This document shows positions 56,301-64,000 of a DNA stretch of 64,000 bases, one piece after another (the first letter of the stretch is position 1; every line of letters starts with the position of its first letter). A model generated the notes under the pieces. That model was given only the letters and a program-made list of their open reading frames with translations. It did no database searches and was not told the DNA's origin. The DNA comes from an uncultured Candidatus Saccharibacteria bacterium (GTDB taxonomy: Bacteria > Patescibacteriota > Doudnabacteria > UBA920). The stretch is taken from positions 15,313 to 79,312 of the forward strand of contig CAZDIP010000003.1 in the NCBI GenBank assembly GCA_964505635.1, read 5' to 3'. The translations under genes were made by a program, and so were the position numbers.

Positions 56301-57137
56301 TGAAGTGCCGCCGTTGTAAACCACAAACTTAAGGAAGTTAACATTGGTGGCTCCTTTGGGAACAGTGGAAGGCGGAGTCTGGTTAGAGGCCGCGCCGACG
56401 GTGACTGAACCCGGAGTCGGAGAAGGATTCTGGGGGTTAGAAGTCCAAGAAGGAGAAAGTTGTCCTAATTGGCGGGCGACCATTACGCCGGAAACCGGCC
56501 AGGTCTGAGTGGCGGCGTTAGCCGGCACTGCCTTGCTAAAGGAATAGCCCCAGGAATTGAAAACTTCGTTGCTCGGAATGCCAAGCAAGCTGTTGGCGCC
56601 TACTAAGAAATAGGTTTTATTACCGTTATAGTTGAAATAGGTAATAACACCGGTTCTTAAGGCAGCAGTGGTGTTTTCAATGTTGGAATCGGCCGACAAG
56701 AAGGAAACATCGCCGCTCATGGCGTTAGCAAAGCTAAAACCAAGCCCGGTGAAAACTTCTTGGGACACGAAACCGGCTTTTTTGCCGTTGGTTATAAGGT
56801 AGCAAGTACCTTGGTCAGGGGATCTATCGGAACAAATGATAGAACCATCCTGAGGGGGAATAAAGCCAGCCGGGTCAACCGGTAAGGCTAAATCGTCGGC
56901 GTTAGCAGTCTGTACGGTGGCAAACGAGTTGAAACCGTAAGACAAGAAAGCGCCGCCGGAAGTGTAGGCGCGGCGGGTATTGCTGGAAGTAATCATCCAG
57001 ACAGTACCGTCAGAAGTAATGACATTGGTTCCGGCCGGGTGGGCAGCAGCTTGTGCTACCAACGGAGCAGCCAAAGACATGGTCATTGCAACCGCAGATC
57101 CTACAGCAAAGAGTTTCTTTGCAACAGAATTTTGCAT
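53343..57137 (-). CDS. giant secreted Ser/Thr/Gly-rich cell-surface protein (S-layer or adhesin-like), 1264 aa
   Basis: Signal peptide MQNSVAKKLFAVGSAVAMTMSLAAPLVAQAAA. Very high T/S/G/A/V content with repeated beta-rich (Ig-like) segments. It is preceded by a long AT-rich leader of about 580 nt. Confidence 0.6.
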   Translation of the reverse strand: MQNSVAKKLFAVGSAVAMTMSLAAPLVAQAAAHPAGTNVITSDGTVWMITSSNTRRAYTSGGAFLSYGFNSFATVQTANADDLALPVDPAGFIPPQDGSIICSDRSPDQGTCYLITNGKKAGFVSQEVFTGLGFSFANAMSGDVSFLSADSNIENTTAALRTGVITYFNYNGNKTYFLVGANSLLGIPSNEVFNSWGYSFSKAVPANAATQTWPVSGVMVARQLGQLSPSWTSNPQNPSPTPGSVTVGAASNQTPPSTVPKGATNVNFLKFVVYNGGTSAATVNQVTVKRTGAGSTSDLTNVYLYQGASRLTSGRSVNSSTNEAVFSGLNVNVPAGGSITMDVLADIYSSATAGNVHQLMVTSVMLGSTQASGTASGNSMTLAGVSSGTVTIAKTGSITNPKVGEQNVRVGSFTLAASSSEDVVVKRISLYQGGAVASSNLTNLVLKQAGNTLATVAALDSEDKANFEVNFALAKGDTKTFEVYANVSGGSRTGSSETVKFYLEESTDLFAVGQTYGFGTAVTSTDYDGDSCTSSSGDCSYSYVEGGQLTITFNGPSAKDIAKNGKDVEVFNFTMAAQNNLEIRQLAFVFNNGGSGTADFNDNTTPNYTDVKVVDATTGAVVFGPQDLSGTGSATSQTLTFTEDVFLAAGTSKTYKVTLDVANNSDVTSGDVIGATLDVDSLTSNDVKNTDNNTFLTSTDIVPTSDISGNQMTVRVPSLTVALAATPTSKSFVKGSTMVEAAGYVFTASTAADVKVTDLTLTGMIASAAAATMADGSTTNASASTIYVSDNVVTVELYDGATKIGQTKSPSTAGTMTFNGLNWVVPKGSSKTLVVKMTISNSANSSNVIKWKIASSSITAVDPDGNSVTDSTSYPVNGSTTTTVGTAITITGAGTITVATAGNNEQDVTDARIVTAGKTGVTLGKIRFTAVNEELKLTKARIAVATASSTAASAANIADDITALYLYDGSTLVAGPVSLTPSGTIEGYADFTGMTADFIIGKDASKNLTVKADLNTISNGADSGDEFAVWLDGSNNFEVRGTSGSTTLTAPSSGSYVGSYVVLRKSQPKVETVAMTSSLGNGTQTLYRFKVTAVDNDIALKHITFTSSSTTGVSLSSFAIAPQGGSNLTVTSSATYAAGSVTVDITFNSEELITSGSSKTYDFKATVAGADTGDSVTTSIATTDTAAVTGDLSTLAAAQQLRDQDDTNNVGNDMEAATAAYNFIWSDMSATSHSDTAGSSSSDDWTNGRYVRTIPTDSQGLSLN

Positions 57138-57719
57138 TTGTTAAATTTTACTCCATTTAAGCAATTGATTATTCAATTGAGACAATCAATTTTGTGCTTA
57201 AATTTTTAATTAATTTTACATCTGATTTTAATACCAACACTTAAGGCTCTAGAGATCTCTTAAATATGGTTTTAAAAAGGATGATTATTGAAATCCTATA
57301 TTAAGACTAAAACGCTAACCTATCGACCAAAAACATTACATGCGTTCCTGAAACAGGAAAACAAACATAATATTTTAAGCTAGCTGGCCTATAAAATAGG
57401 CTCAATAATTAATATTAGACATATTGCCTATGCGTTTTCCTGAGTTTGCAATATGTATGAGGTAAGACGTCTTAATTTTAAGTCTGTTACAACAAAAAAT
57501 TAAGCGACCAGGCTTTTTTGTAAAATACAAAAAGCCAGGGAATATTTATATTTTTTACCTTAAATAAGACAAAAAATAACAATAAACATTCCCTGACTTT
57601 TAACTTTACTGAAAAAAGTAAAATTTATACATGTGTGAGTATTTCAGAATTATATCAGTAATTTTTAATATTATAAAATAAGATATCAATTTTGTCAAAT
57701 GCTAATATTTACATTCTAC

Positions 57720-57793
57720 TGGTCGGGATGCTGGGAATTGAACCCAGTCTACCTGCTCCCAAAGCAGGCGTACTACCGGTATACTACATCCCG
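57720..57793 (-). tRNA. tRNA-Pro (anticodon TGG), CCA encoded
   Basis: The reverse complement folds as: acceptor CGGGATG/CATCCCG; D arm GTAT-ACCGGTA-GTAC; anticodon stem CCTGC/GCAGG with loop TTTGGGA; T arm CTGGG-TTCAATT-CCCAG; terminal ACCA. Confidence 0.8.
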
Positions 57794-57864
57794 TAATTAA
57801 CCATAACGCTACAAAAGACAGGCTTTACCTGTCCTTGTGATTTTACCTAATAAACTGCAAAATT

Positions 57865-58701
57865 TCAATGCAAAATTAAGTTATTCCAGTCACCGGCAAA
57901 TTTTTCTATTCCCCTATCGGTCAATTCATGCTCAATATTATACTCTTGCCAGGGATTTTTTAAACTTATTTCCTCAAATTCTATTGGTTTCAACTTTCCG
58001 CTTTCAGTCTTCAACTGACTAACTAAAGTCGGCATCCCGGCTTGTTTCCACTCAGCCAAAACCTTTACTGGCACGGTAACAATATCGCTCCCCATTTCTA
58101 AACACTGGACCAAATGGTTTAAATTTCTTATACTTGCAGACAAAACCTCAACATGTCCGTCGCCTGTTTTATACATTTTCAAGACATTCTTTATAAAATC
58201 CACCCCCCTTTCTCCCTTGTCATCCAAACGTCCTATGAAGGGCGATAAAAACACATCACCTTTTTTAGCGCCTAAACTTGCTGCGTAAACAGCCGCGGCC
58301 TGACTTTGGCTAAAAACCAAAGTCATATTAACTTTAATGCCTTGTTTTAGGCTTAACTCCGCGGCTTTTAAACCCTCAATGGTCGTCGGGTATTTAATAT
58401 GGGCGTTAGGAATCCAGGCGTTAAATTCTTTTGCCTGTCTAAACATTTCGTCGGCCAAAGTTTCCCTGTCCGCGTAAACCTCCACTGAAACCGATCCGTC
58501 TGGAATTAAAACAGATACTTCTTGTACGACTTTTTTATAAAAATCTAGGAGTTCGCTGTGAGTAAATTTTTTTCCGGTGGTCTGGGGGTTTTTGGCAATC
58601 AGCGAAGGATTAGTGGTCTGCCCGTCTAAAAAACCTAAAATATCCAAAGCTTCTTTGGTTTCTTTCGGATCTCCGCTGTCTAAAAAAATTTTAGTTTTCA
58701 T
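57865..58701 (-). CDS. transaldolase / fructose-6-phosphate aldolase family protein
   Basis: IFLDSGDPKE and TTNPSLIAK motifs typical of the Tal/Fsa family. The 278-aa length implies a C-terminal extension. Confidence 0.65.
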   Translation of the reverse strand: MKTKIFLDSGDPKETKEALDILGFLDGQTTNPSLIAKNPQTTGKKFTHSELLDFYKKVVQEVSVLIPDGSVSVEVYADRETLADEMFRQAKEFNAWIPNAHIKYPTTIEGLKAAELSLKQGIKVNMTLVFSQSQAAAVYAASLGAKKGDVFLSPFIGRLDDKGERGVDFIKNVLKMYKTGDGHVEVLSASIRNLNHLVQCLEMGSDIVTVPVKVLAEWKQAGMPTLVSQLKTESGKLKPIEFEEISLKNPWQEYNIEHELTDRGIEKFAGDWNNLILH

Positions 58702-59117
58702 AAATCAATATGATAATATCTTAAAAACTCCTGATATTTTTTTAAAGCGCTATTCCAAAAGTCTTTTTTTAAAGGCTCATGGGGCGATGTGGTGTCTATC
58801 TGCTGCAAAATCAAACCTTTTAATTCTTTATATAAATTTTTCCAGTCATTGGAATAATAAAGCGGCAGTTTGTCAAACTTATTTAAAAAAATCCTTTGCT
58901 GGGCAACTAAGCTGCTGGGAAATAGATCAAAAAACAAGCCTAAATCTCTCCTTAAATATTGAAAGGTACTACCTTTGTCCGTAGAGCGGCCAAATTCAAA
59001 AACTTTAAGCTTATTTTTTAAACTTTCATACTGCTGTTCTGTAGGCTCTATATTAGCCTTAATTGTGGCAATCTCTATTGAACTTAAAACCGAGTTTATT
59101 TCTTCTTTTGAAGGCAT
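58698..59117 (-). CDS. hypothetical protein
   Basis: The ORF is embedded in a same-strand run and overlaps its neighbour by 4 nt. There are no recognisable motifs. Confidence 0.3.
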   Translation of the reverse strand: MPSKEEINSVLSSIEIATIKANIEPTEQQYESLKNKLKVFEFGRSTDKGSTFQYLRRDLGLFFDLFPSSLVAQQRIFLNKFDKLPLYYSNDWKNLYKELKGLILQQIDTTSPHEPLKKDFWNSALKKYQEFLRYYHIDL

Positions 59118-59140
59118 AATTATGGCTGTTTACAAAAAAT

Positions 59141-59902
59141 TTAATTGAAAAGATGTTTATTCTTTGACAATTTTTTTATTACCTCAAAAGCCTCTTCCGC
59201 ATCATCCACCAAATGGTATATATCCATATCTTCTTTATTAATGGCTTTATTGCGTTTGTAAATATATTCTTCTATCCATGAAAGCAAAGGTCCCCAAAAT
59301 TCCTTATTAACCAGTATAACCGGCACCGGGCGTATTTTTTTGGTCTGGATTAAGGTTACCATTTCAAACAATTCGTCCAAAGTTCCAAAGCCGCCGGGAA
59401 AAAATATATAAACCGCGGACGCGGTTTCCAGCATGACTTTACGGGTAAAAAAGAAAGCAAAACTTTCCGACTCTTTAACATACTGATTGGTGCGCTGTTC
59501 AAAAGGAAGCTTGATGTTTATGCCTACGCTTCTGCCGCCGGCCTCAAAAGCGCCCTTGTTGGCAGCCTCCATAATCCCAGGTCCCCCGCCGGTAATAACC
59601 GTAAAGCCTGATTTAGAGAGCTTGAAAGCCAAATCTTCGGCGTCTTTATATACCCCATTCTGCAGACTTACCCGGGCACTGCCCATAACACTGACCGATT
59701 TTTTAAATTTTTTTAAAAAATCAAAACCGGAAATAAACTCAGCCAGAATTTTCATAATGGTCCAGCTGGAGACTTCCCGAGTTTTGCCTTTTTTAAAAAT
59801 ATGCTCCAGTTCAGCCGCGGGTATGCATATTTCCCTTCCCTGGGAAGTAAAACATACTACGTCGTCGTTTTGTTTTTGGTTTTTATTTTGGCGAAAAATC
59901 AT
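59141..59902 (-). CDS. LOG-family protein (cytokinin riboside 5'-monophosphate phosphoribohydrolase-like, TIGR00730)
   Basis: GGGPGIMEA and [12 protein letters not shown] signature motifs. Confidence 0.8.
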   Translation of the reverse strand: MIFRQNKNQKQNDDVVCFTSQGREICIPAAELEHIFKKGKTREVSSWTIMKILAEFISGFDFLKKFKKSVSVMGSARVSLQNGVYKDAEDLAFKLSKSGFTVITGGGPGIMEAANKGAFEAGGRSVGINIKLPFEQRTNQYVKESESFAFFFTRKVMLETASAVYIFFPGGFGTLDELFEMVTLIQTKKIRPVPVILVNKEFWGPLLSWIEEYIYKRNKAINKEDMDIYHLVDDAEEAFEVIKKLSKNKHLFN

Positions 59903-59904
59903 AT

Positions 59905-60819
59905 TTATTTTTTATTAAAAACTTTATAAAAATGCAAGTAATTTTTAGCTATCCGGCTAACCGCTTCTTCTCTGTTTATTTGCCCTTCTTTTAAAGCCAT
60001 TAAGGCTTCATGGAAAATGCTTCTGCCTATGGCAAAACCTACCATACCTTCGGCTTTAGCGGCTGCCAAAAGCCACTTTTCCACCTGCGCGTTGTCCGCA
60101 CCGCGCCCTAATATTACAGCCACCACATGCTCTCTCCCCTGGCTTTTAGCCTGCTTTATAACTGCTTCGTACTCAGCTGTTTCTTCCAAACCCTCTATTT
60201 TCCACACATCAGGCTCCACCCCGCCTTCTTGCATTTGTTTTACCATTTCAACCATAAGACCCGGGCGCAGTTCCAGATCATAGCGTTTTTGGTCGCCGGA
60301 AACTTTTTCCAATTGGGAAGGAGTGGCCGGAATTAAGGGTTCAATCAAAAACCCCAAATTATTTGCATGGCAGTAATCGCTCAATTTTTTTAAAGTCTGT
60401 AATTGCCTTTGGTTCATTTCTGAGTCCGGATCTTCCGGATTGTAACGCACCAGGGCTTTGGCAAAAGTGGGCTGAAGGCCTTGCAAATGCTTGCCAAAAT
60501 CTTCCCCGTGCTCAAACATGAATTCCTTTTGCCCGCTTTTTTCCGTACACACCGCAAAAATATAACCGCCGTCTTTCGCGTCTGTTAATACCCTGCCGCC
60601 AAACTGTTCGTCAGTCAAAATTGCCGCGGTTTCTTTAGGCACGCCCAAATTTATGCCGAGCTTAAAACCTTCAAATATTACATGTTTAAAATCCTGGATC
60701 TGCCTTGTTTGCTGCTCGTCTGGCTCTCCGCTAAGTCCTAAAATATTTTTACTAAAGCTGGATCTGTGGTCAAAAGCTAAAATAAACAAAGGCTTATTAT
60801 ATCCTATTTGATTTTTCAT
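59905..60819 (-). CDS. class I aldolase-like TIM-barrel protein (LacD/tagatose-bisphosphate aldolase or DUF2090-like; possible FBP aldolase role)
   Basis: [14 protein letters not shown] resembles the LacD-family N-terminal AiDQRGS region. The length of about 304 aa fits. It sits among gluconeogenic and PPP genes. Confidence 0.35.
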   Translation of the reverse strand: MKNQIGYNKPLFILAFDHRSSFSKNILGLSGEPDEQQTRQIQDFKHVIFEGFKLGINLGVPKETAAILTDEQFGGRVLTDAKDGGYIFAVCTEKSGQKEFMFEHGEDFGKHLQGLQPTFAKALVRYNPEDPDSEMNQRQLQTLKKLSDYCHANNLGFLIEPLIPATPSQLEKVSGDQKRYDLELRPGLMVEMVKQMQEGGVEPDVWKIEGLEETAEYEAVIKQAKSQGREHVVAVILGRGADNAQVEKWLLAAAKAEGMVGFAIGRSIFHEALMALKEGQINREEAVSRIAKNYLHFYKVFNKK

Positions 60820-60828
60820 AATTTTTAA

Positions 60829-61032
60829 TTACTTGCTTTCTTCTTGTTTAATGATATTTATGCCTGGTTTTTGTTCAAATTTTTTCCTATGTTTTATCAA
60901 CTTTAAAACCTGCTCAAATGTAGGGTTTTCGTCAATATCTCCCCCGCTTTCCGCGTACCTTTTTCTTGGATGTGGATCTCTTTTAAAATGTTTATAATTT
61001 TCTCTTATTTTATTTTTCTTGATGGTGAGCAA
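60829..61032 (-). CDS. small basic hypothetical protein
   Basis: A 67-aa ORF overlapping the glpX 3' end by 23 nt. There is no motif support. Confidence 0.2.
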   Translation of the reverse strand: MLTIKKNKIRENYKHFKRDPHPRKRYAESGGDIDENPTFEQVLKLIKHRKKFEQKPGINIIKQEESK

Positions 61033-61951
61033 TTATATATCTTATTGTTCCGCTTTGGGCGCGAATGACCAAAGAATGGGTAGTAATTTTACCTTCTTGA
61101 TATTTAACCCCTTCTAAAAGTGGGCCGTCTATTATTCCTGTGGCGGTAAAAGTCAAAATTTTCCCCTTGACCAAATCTTGGACGTCATAAACCTTTATAA
61201 GGTTGTAGCCTGCATCTTTTATAAGTTTAACATGTTTTTCCTTATGGTCGGAAAACTTAACCAAAATTTGTCCGCCCAAGGGTTTAATGGCCGCAGCGGC
61301 CAAAACTGCTTCAGCAGAAGCGCCTATGCCTAAAAGCATGTCTATACCGCTTTGTGGCAAACACGGCGCAATAGCGCCTGACACATCCCCGTCAGAAATA
61401 AGCCTGACCCTGGCTTTACTTTGCCTAATTTGGGCAATTAAATCCTTATGCCTTTCTCTGTCTAACACACAAACGGTTATATCCTTAACTTTCTTGTTTA
61501 AAGCTTTAGCGGTATTTTGGATATTGGTTTTAACGGACGCCGAAAATTTTACAACTTTTTTAGCTTTTGGCCCTACGGCAATTTTTTCCATATACACATC
61601 TGGGGCAGAAAACATACTACCTTTACTTCCCGAAGCTATAACTGACATAGCATTATACCTGCCAAAAGCTACGCTGTCAGTACATTCAAGCGGGTCAACC
61701 GCCAAATCCATATATGGCCCTTTTTTAGACTTACCTAACTTTTCGCCCTGGTATAATTCCGGGGCTTCGTCTTTGCTGCCTTCGCCTATTACTACGGTGC
61801 CGGAAAAATCTATTTGATTAAAACGGCTCCGCATTTCCTTAACTGCAGCAGCGTCTGCCTTTTTAGCCTCGCCCTTGCCAACCCATTTAGAAGCTGCGAT
61901 AGCCGCGGCTTCGGTCACGCGCACAAATTCTAATGCTAAATTCCTGTCCAT
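61010..61951 (-). CDS. glpX: fructose-1,6-bisphosphatase class II
   Basis: N-terminal LALEFVRVTEAAAIAASKWVGKGEAKKADAAAVKEMR is highly GlpX-like. Length 313 aa. Confidence 0.85.
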   Translation of the reverse strand: MDRNLALEFVRVTEAAAIAASKWVGKGEAKKADAAAVKEMRSRFNQIDFSGTVVIGEGSKDEAPELYQGEKLGKSKKGPYMDLAVDPLECTDSVAFGRYNAMSVIASGSKGSMFSAPDVYMEKIAVGPKAKKVVKFSASVKTNIQNTAKALNKKVKDITVCVLDRERHKDLIAQIRQSKARVRLISDGDVSGAIAPCLPQSGIDMLLGIGASAEAVLAAAAIKPLGGQILVKFSDHKEKHVKLIKDAGYNLIKVYDVQDLVKGKILTFTATGIIDGPLLEGVKYQEGKITTHSLVIRAQSGTIRYIIAHHQEK

Positions 61952-61954
61952 AAA

Positions 61955-63859
61955 CTATAAAATTGCCTTTATTTTCTTAGCGATTGCTTCCCCGTTTATT
62001 TCTTCATAAGCCAAAAGTTCCTCCGGCTTGCCGCTCTTGGGCATTTTGGTTACCGCCAAGCTTTCTAAAATATGGTGGACTTCATAAGTACATAAAGCCG
62101 CGGCTACGGCTTCGCCTAATCCCCCTTCTTTAAAATGGTCTTCCACGGTTAAAATAACTCCGGTTTCTTTGGCGGCTTTTTGCAAAGTTTCCACATCAAG
62201 GGGCTTAATGGAATATAAATCTATTACCCGAATATTAATACCTTCTTTCTTTAATTCCTCGTACGCCGCCAAAGCCTCGTGCAGCGTAACCCCCGCTCCC
62301 ACCACCGTTGCCTTATCATCGGCCGATGATCTTAATGTGCACGAACCCCCAATTTTAAATTGATGATTAACCCCCCCTTCCTGCTTACTACCTGCTACTT
62401 GATACTCACTACTGTATAATATTGCCGTTTCTTTACGCGTAGTGCGTATATATACATTGCCATGATGTTTGGCGGCCTCGGCAACAAGTTTTTCCGTTGA
62501 AACCGCATCGCTTGGATAAAGCACCACTCCGCCTAAAACCGTTCTAAACATGGCGATGTCTTCTAAGGCCATTTGACTTGCTCCGTCCTCGCCAATACTT
62601 ACCCCGGCGTGCGAGCCACAAAATTTAATATTCGCGTCAGCATACTGAGACATTCTAATTTGGTCAAACGCCCGGCTAAAAAACGCGGCAAAGGTGGAAA
62701 CAAAAGGAATTTTTCCGCGTCTAGAAAAACCCAAGGCCGTAGAAACCATATTCTGCTCGGCTATATACATTTCAAAAAAACGTTCGGGATGAGTCTTTTT
62801 TACCATTTCCGAATAAGTGGAATTACTGGTTTCCGCGTCTAAAACCACGGCATTAGGATAACTTTCTAAAATATTTACCAATGCGTTACCATAAGCTTTT
62901 CTTGTGGCTACTGCTTTTTCTCTCGGATATTCTGTAATTTTGATATTTGGATTTGAAATTTGTTTCGAATTTAGAATTTCGAATTTCGAATTTATTTCTG
63001 GCTTTGCCACTACTCCGATCAAGCTTTTATCTATATTACCCAATTCGCTTAATGCCTTCGTTAGTTCGTCCTTCGTCAAAGCCTTGCCATGCCAGCCGTC
63101 CTTGTCCTCCATAAAACTCACACCTTTGCCTTTAAGGGTTTTTGCAATAATCATTAAAGGCTTTTCCCTTGTAGGGAAAGGTTTAAAACCGTTCCCTACA
63201 GCGACCGTATGAGATTTCTCAATTTCACTAAAATTATGCCCATCTATTACCACAGTTTCCCACCCAAACGCTTCAGCCTTTCTTTGATAATTCTCCACAT
63301 CGTGCCCAAACATAGTTTCTCCGCGCTGGCCAAGGCGATTGCAGTCTAAAATCGCGATTAAATTGTTTAGTTTATAATGCGTGGCCAAATTCATAGCTTC
63401 CCAAACGCTGCCCTCAGCCATTTCACTGTCGCCCAACAAAACAAAAGTTCTATAACCTAATTTGTCTAACTTAGCATTCAAAGCCATCCCAACCCCTACA
63501 CTTAAACCCTGACCCAAAGAGCCGGTGGGTACCTCGGTGTATTTAAATTCTAAAGTTGGATGCCCCTCAAGCCGGCTTCCAAACTTGCGTAAAGATAGCA
63601 TTTCCTTTTCGCTTACTTTGCCCGCGGCAGCATATAGACTATAAAACAATGGCGAAGCATGTCCTTTGCTAAAAATTAACCGGTCGTTATTAGGATTCTG
63701 GGGATTTTCCAAATCTGCCTTAAAATGCCCTCCAAACATTAAAGCCACCATTAAATCCGCAGCAGATAAAGAAGAAGACGGATGCCCACTCCCCGCCTCC
63801 GTAGTAGAAACCAAGCTATAATACCTAACCAATTTTGCTAATTCTTTTAAATTGTTCAT
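61955..63859 (-). CDS. tkt: transketolase (single-chain, with a low-complexity linker between the TPP and Pyr domains)
   Basis: The GSGHPSSSLSAAD TPP motif, GDSEMAEG, a C-terminal transketolase pyrimidine domain and a C-terminal domain. Length 634 aa. Confidence 0.85.
   Translation of the reverse strand: MNNLKELAKLVRYYSLVSTTEAGSGHPSSSLSAADLMVALMFGGHFKADLENPQNPNNDRLIFSKGHASPLFYSLYAAAGKVSEKEMLSLRKFGSRLEGHPTLEFKYTEVPTGSLGQGLSVGVGMALNAKLDKLGYRTFVLLGDSEMAEGSVWEAMNLATHYKLNNLIAILDCNRLGQRGETMFGHDVENYQRKAEAFGWETVVIDGHNFSEIEKSHTVAVGNGFKPFPTREKPLMIIAKTLKGKGVSFMEDKDGWHGKALTKDELTKALSELGNIDKSLIGVVAKPEINSKFEILNSKQISNPNIKITEYPREKAVATRKAYGNALVNILESYPNAVVLDAETSNSTYSEMVKKTHPERFFEMYIAEQNMVSTALGFSRRGKIPFVSTFAAFFSRAFDQIRMSQYADANIKFCGSHAGVSIGEDGASQMALEDIAMFRTVLGGVVLYPSDAVSTEKLVAEAAKHHGNVYIRTTRKETAILYSSEYQVAGSKQEGGVNHQFKIGGSCTLRSSADDKATVVGAGVTLHEALAAYEELKKEGINIRVIDLYSIKPLDVETLQKAAKETGVILTVEDHFKEGGLGEAVAAALCTYEVHHILESLAVTKMPKSGKPEELLAYEEINGEAIAKKIKAIL
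62941..63000 (-). repeat. short tandem repeat (TTCGAATTT-like units) inside the tkt linker coding region
   Basis: GATTTGAAATTTGTTTCGAATTTAGAATTTCGAATTTCGAATTTATTTC is visible directly in the sequence. Confidence 0.5.
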
Positions 63860-63887
63860 AAACTGATTATAACTAATTTTTGCTTAC

Positions 63888-63924
63888 AAACAAAACAAAA
63901 CCCCTAAAAAGGGGTTTTGTTTTG
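63888..63924 (-). terminator. intrinsic terminator after the upstream (partial) minus-strand gene, upstream of tkt
   Basis: AAAACAAAACCCC-TAAAAA-GGGGTTTTGTTTT (symmetrical, 13-bp stem). Confidence 0.6.
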
Positions 63925-63929
63925 CTACT

Positions 63930-64000
63930 AACTACTTGCTACTTTTTATCCCCGCTCTCAAACGCGGCCATAAACTGCTTCATAAGATCTGTAGTTTTAC
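63930..64000 (-). CDS. 3' end of an unidentified gene that extends beyond the window
   Basis: The open frame reads ...KTTDLMKQFMAAFESGDKK-stop and is followed by a terminator hairpin. Confidence 0.25.

Noticed and set aside
57247-57262. TCTAGA + AGATCT (XbaI/BglII-like) overlapping palindromes, considered as a cloning scar or vector remnant
   Set aside because: This is a single short occurrence in a very AT-rich native intergenic region with no other vector-like sequence. The most likely explanation is a chance palindrome or a regulatory palindrome.

Overview
This is a low-GC (about 35%) bacterial chromosomal segment. Genes are dense, mostly on the minus strand and often overlapping, which is reminiscent of Patescibacteria/CPR-like or other small-genome lineages, but I cannot confirm taxonomy.

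Native content:
- A bshB-bshA (bacillithiol-type) pair next to redox genes (VKOR, msrA).
- Pentose-phosphate and gluconeogenesis genes: gnd, zwf, a transaldolase/Fsa-family gene, glpX, tkt, a LacD-like class I aldolase and a LOG-family gene.
- typA and holA.
- Three tRNAs with encoded CCA: Lys-CTT, Arg-TCG and Pro-TGG.
- A type IV pilus assembly operon (pilB-pilC-pilM-pilN-pilO) and a separate pilin gene.
- A cell-surface glycan biosynthesis locus of about 25 kb. It carries a WbaP-like initiating transferase, a Wzx flippase, many glycosyltransferases including an 894-aa trimodular one, two FkbM methyltransferases plus other SAM-dependent methyltransferases, RmlC, Fcl, an FdtA-like cupin, several SDR epimerases/dehydratases and a UDP-GlcNAc 2-epimerase.
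- Two paralogous O-antigen-ligase(Wzy_C)-TPR fusion proteins with an HlyD-like adaptor, beside a 1264-aa Ser/Thr/Gly-rich secreted surface protein.

Most striking are three compositionally foreign segments (about 50-57% GC) with a different codon preference:
1. A two-gene plus-strand cassette at about 31.8-33.3 kb, encoding a DUF218/YdcF-like protein and a degenerate NUDIX-fold-like protein.
2. A one-gene plus-strand cassette at about 42.46-43.22 kb, encoding another degenerate NUDIX-fold-like protein.
3. A GC-rich minus-strand gene at 12.4-12.9 kb for a secreted protein with a TonB-C-like motif, bracketed by hairpins.

Cassettes 1 and 2 each have an exact TTGACA-N17-TATAAT promoter, a strong Shine-Dalgarno sequence and their own GC-rich intrinsic terminator.

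I found no rRNA, CRISPR array, transposase or integrase. All calls rest on motif recognition by eye, so homology searches are needed to confirm them.
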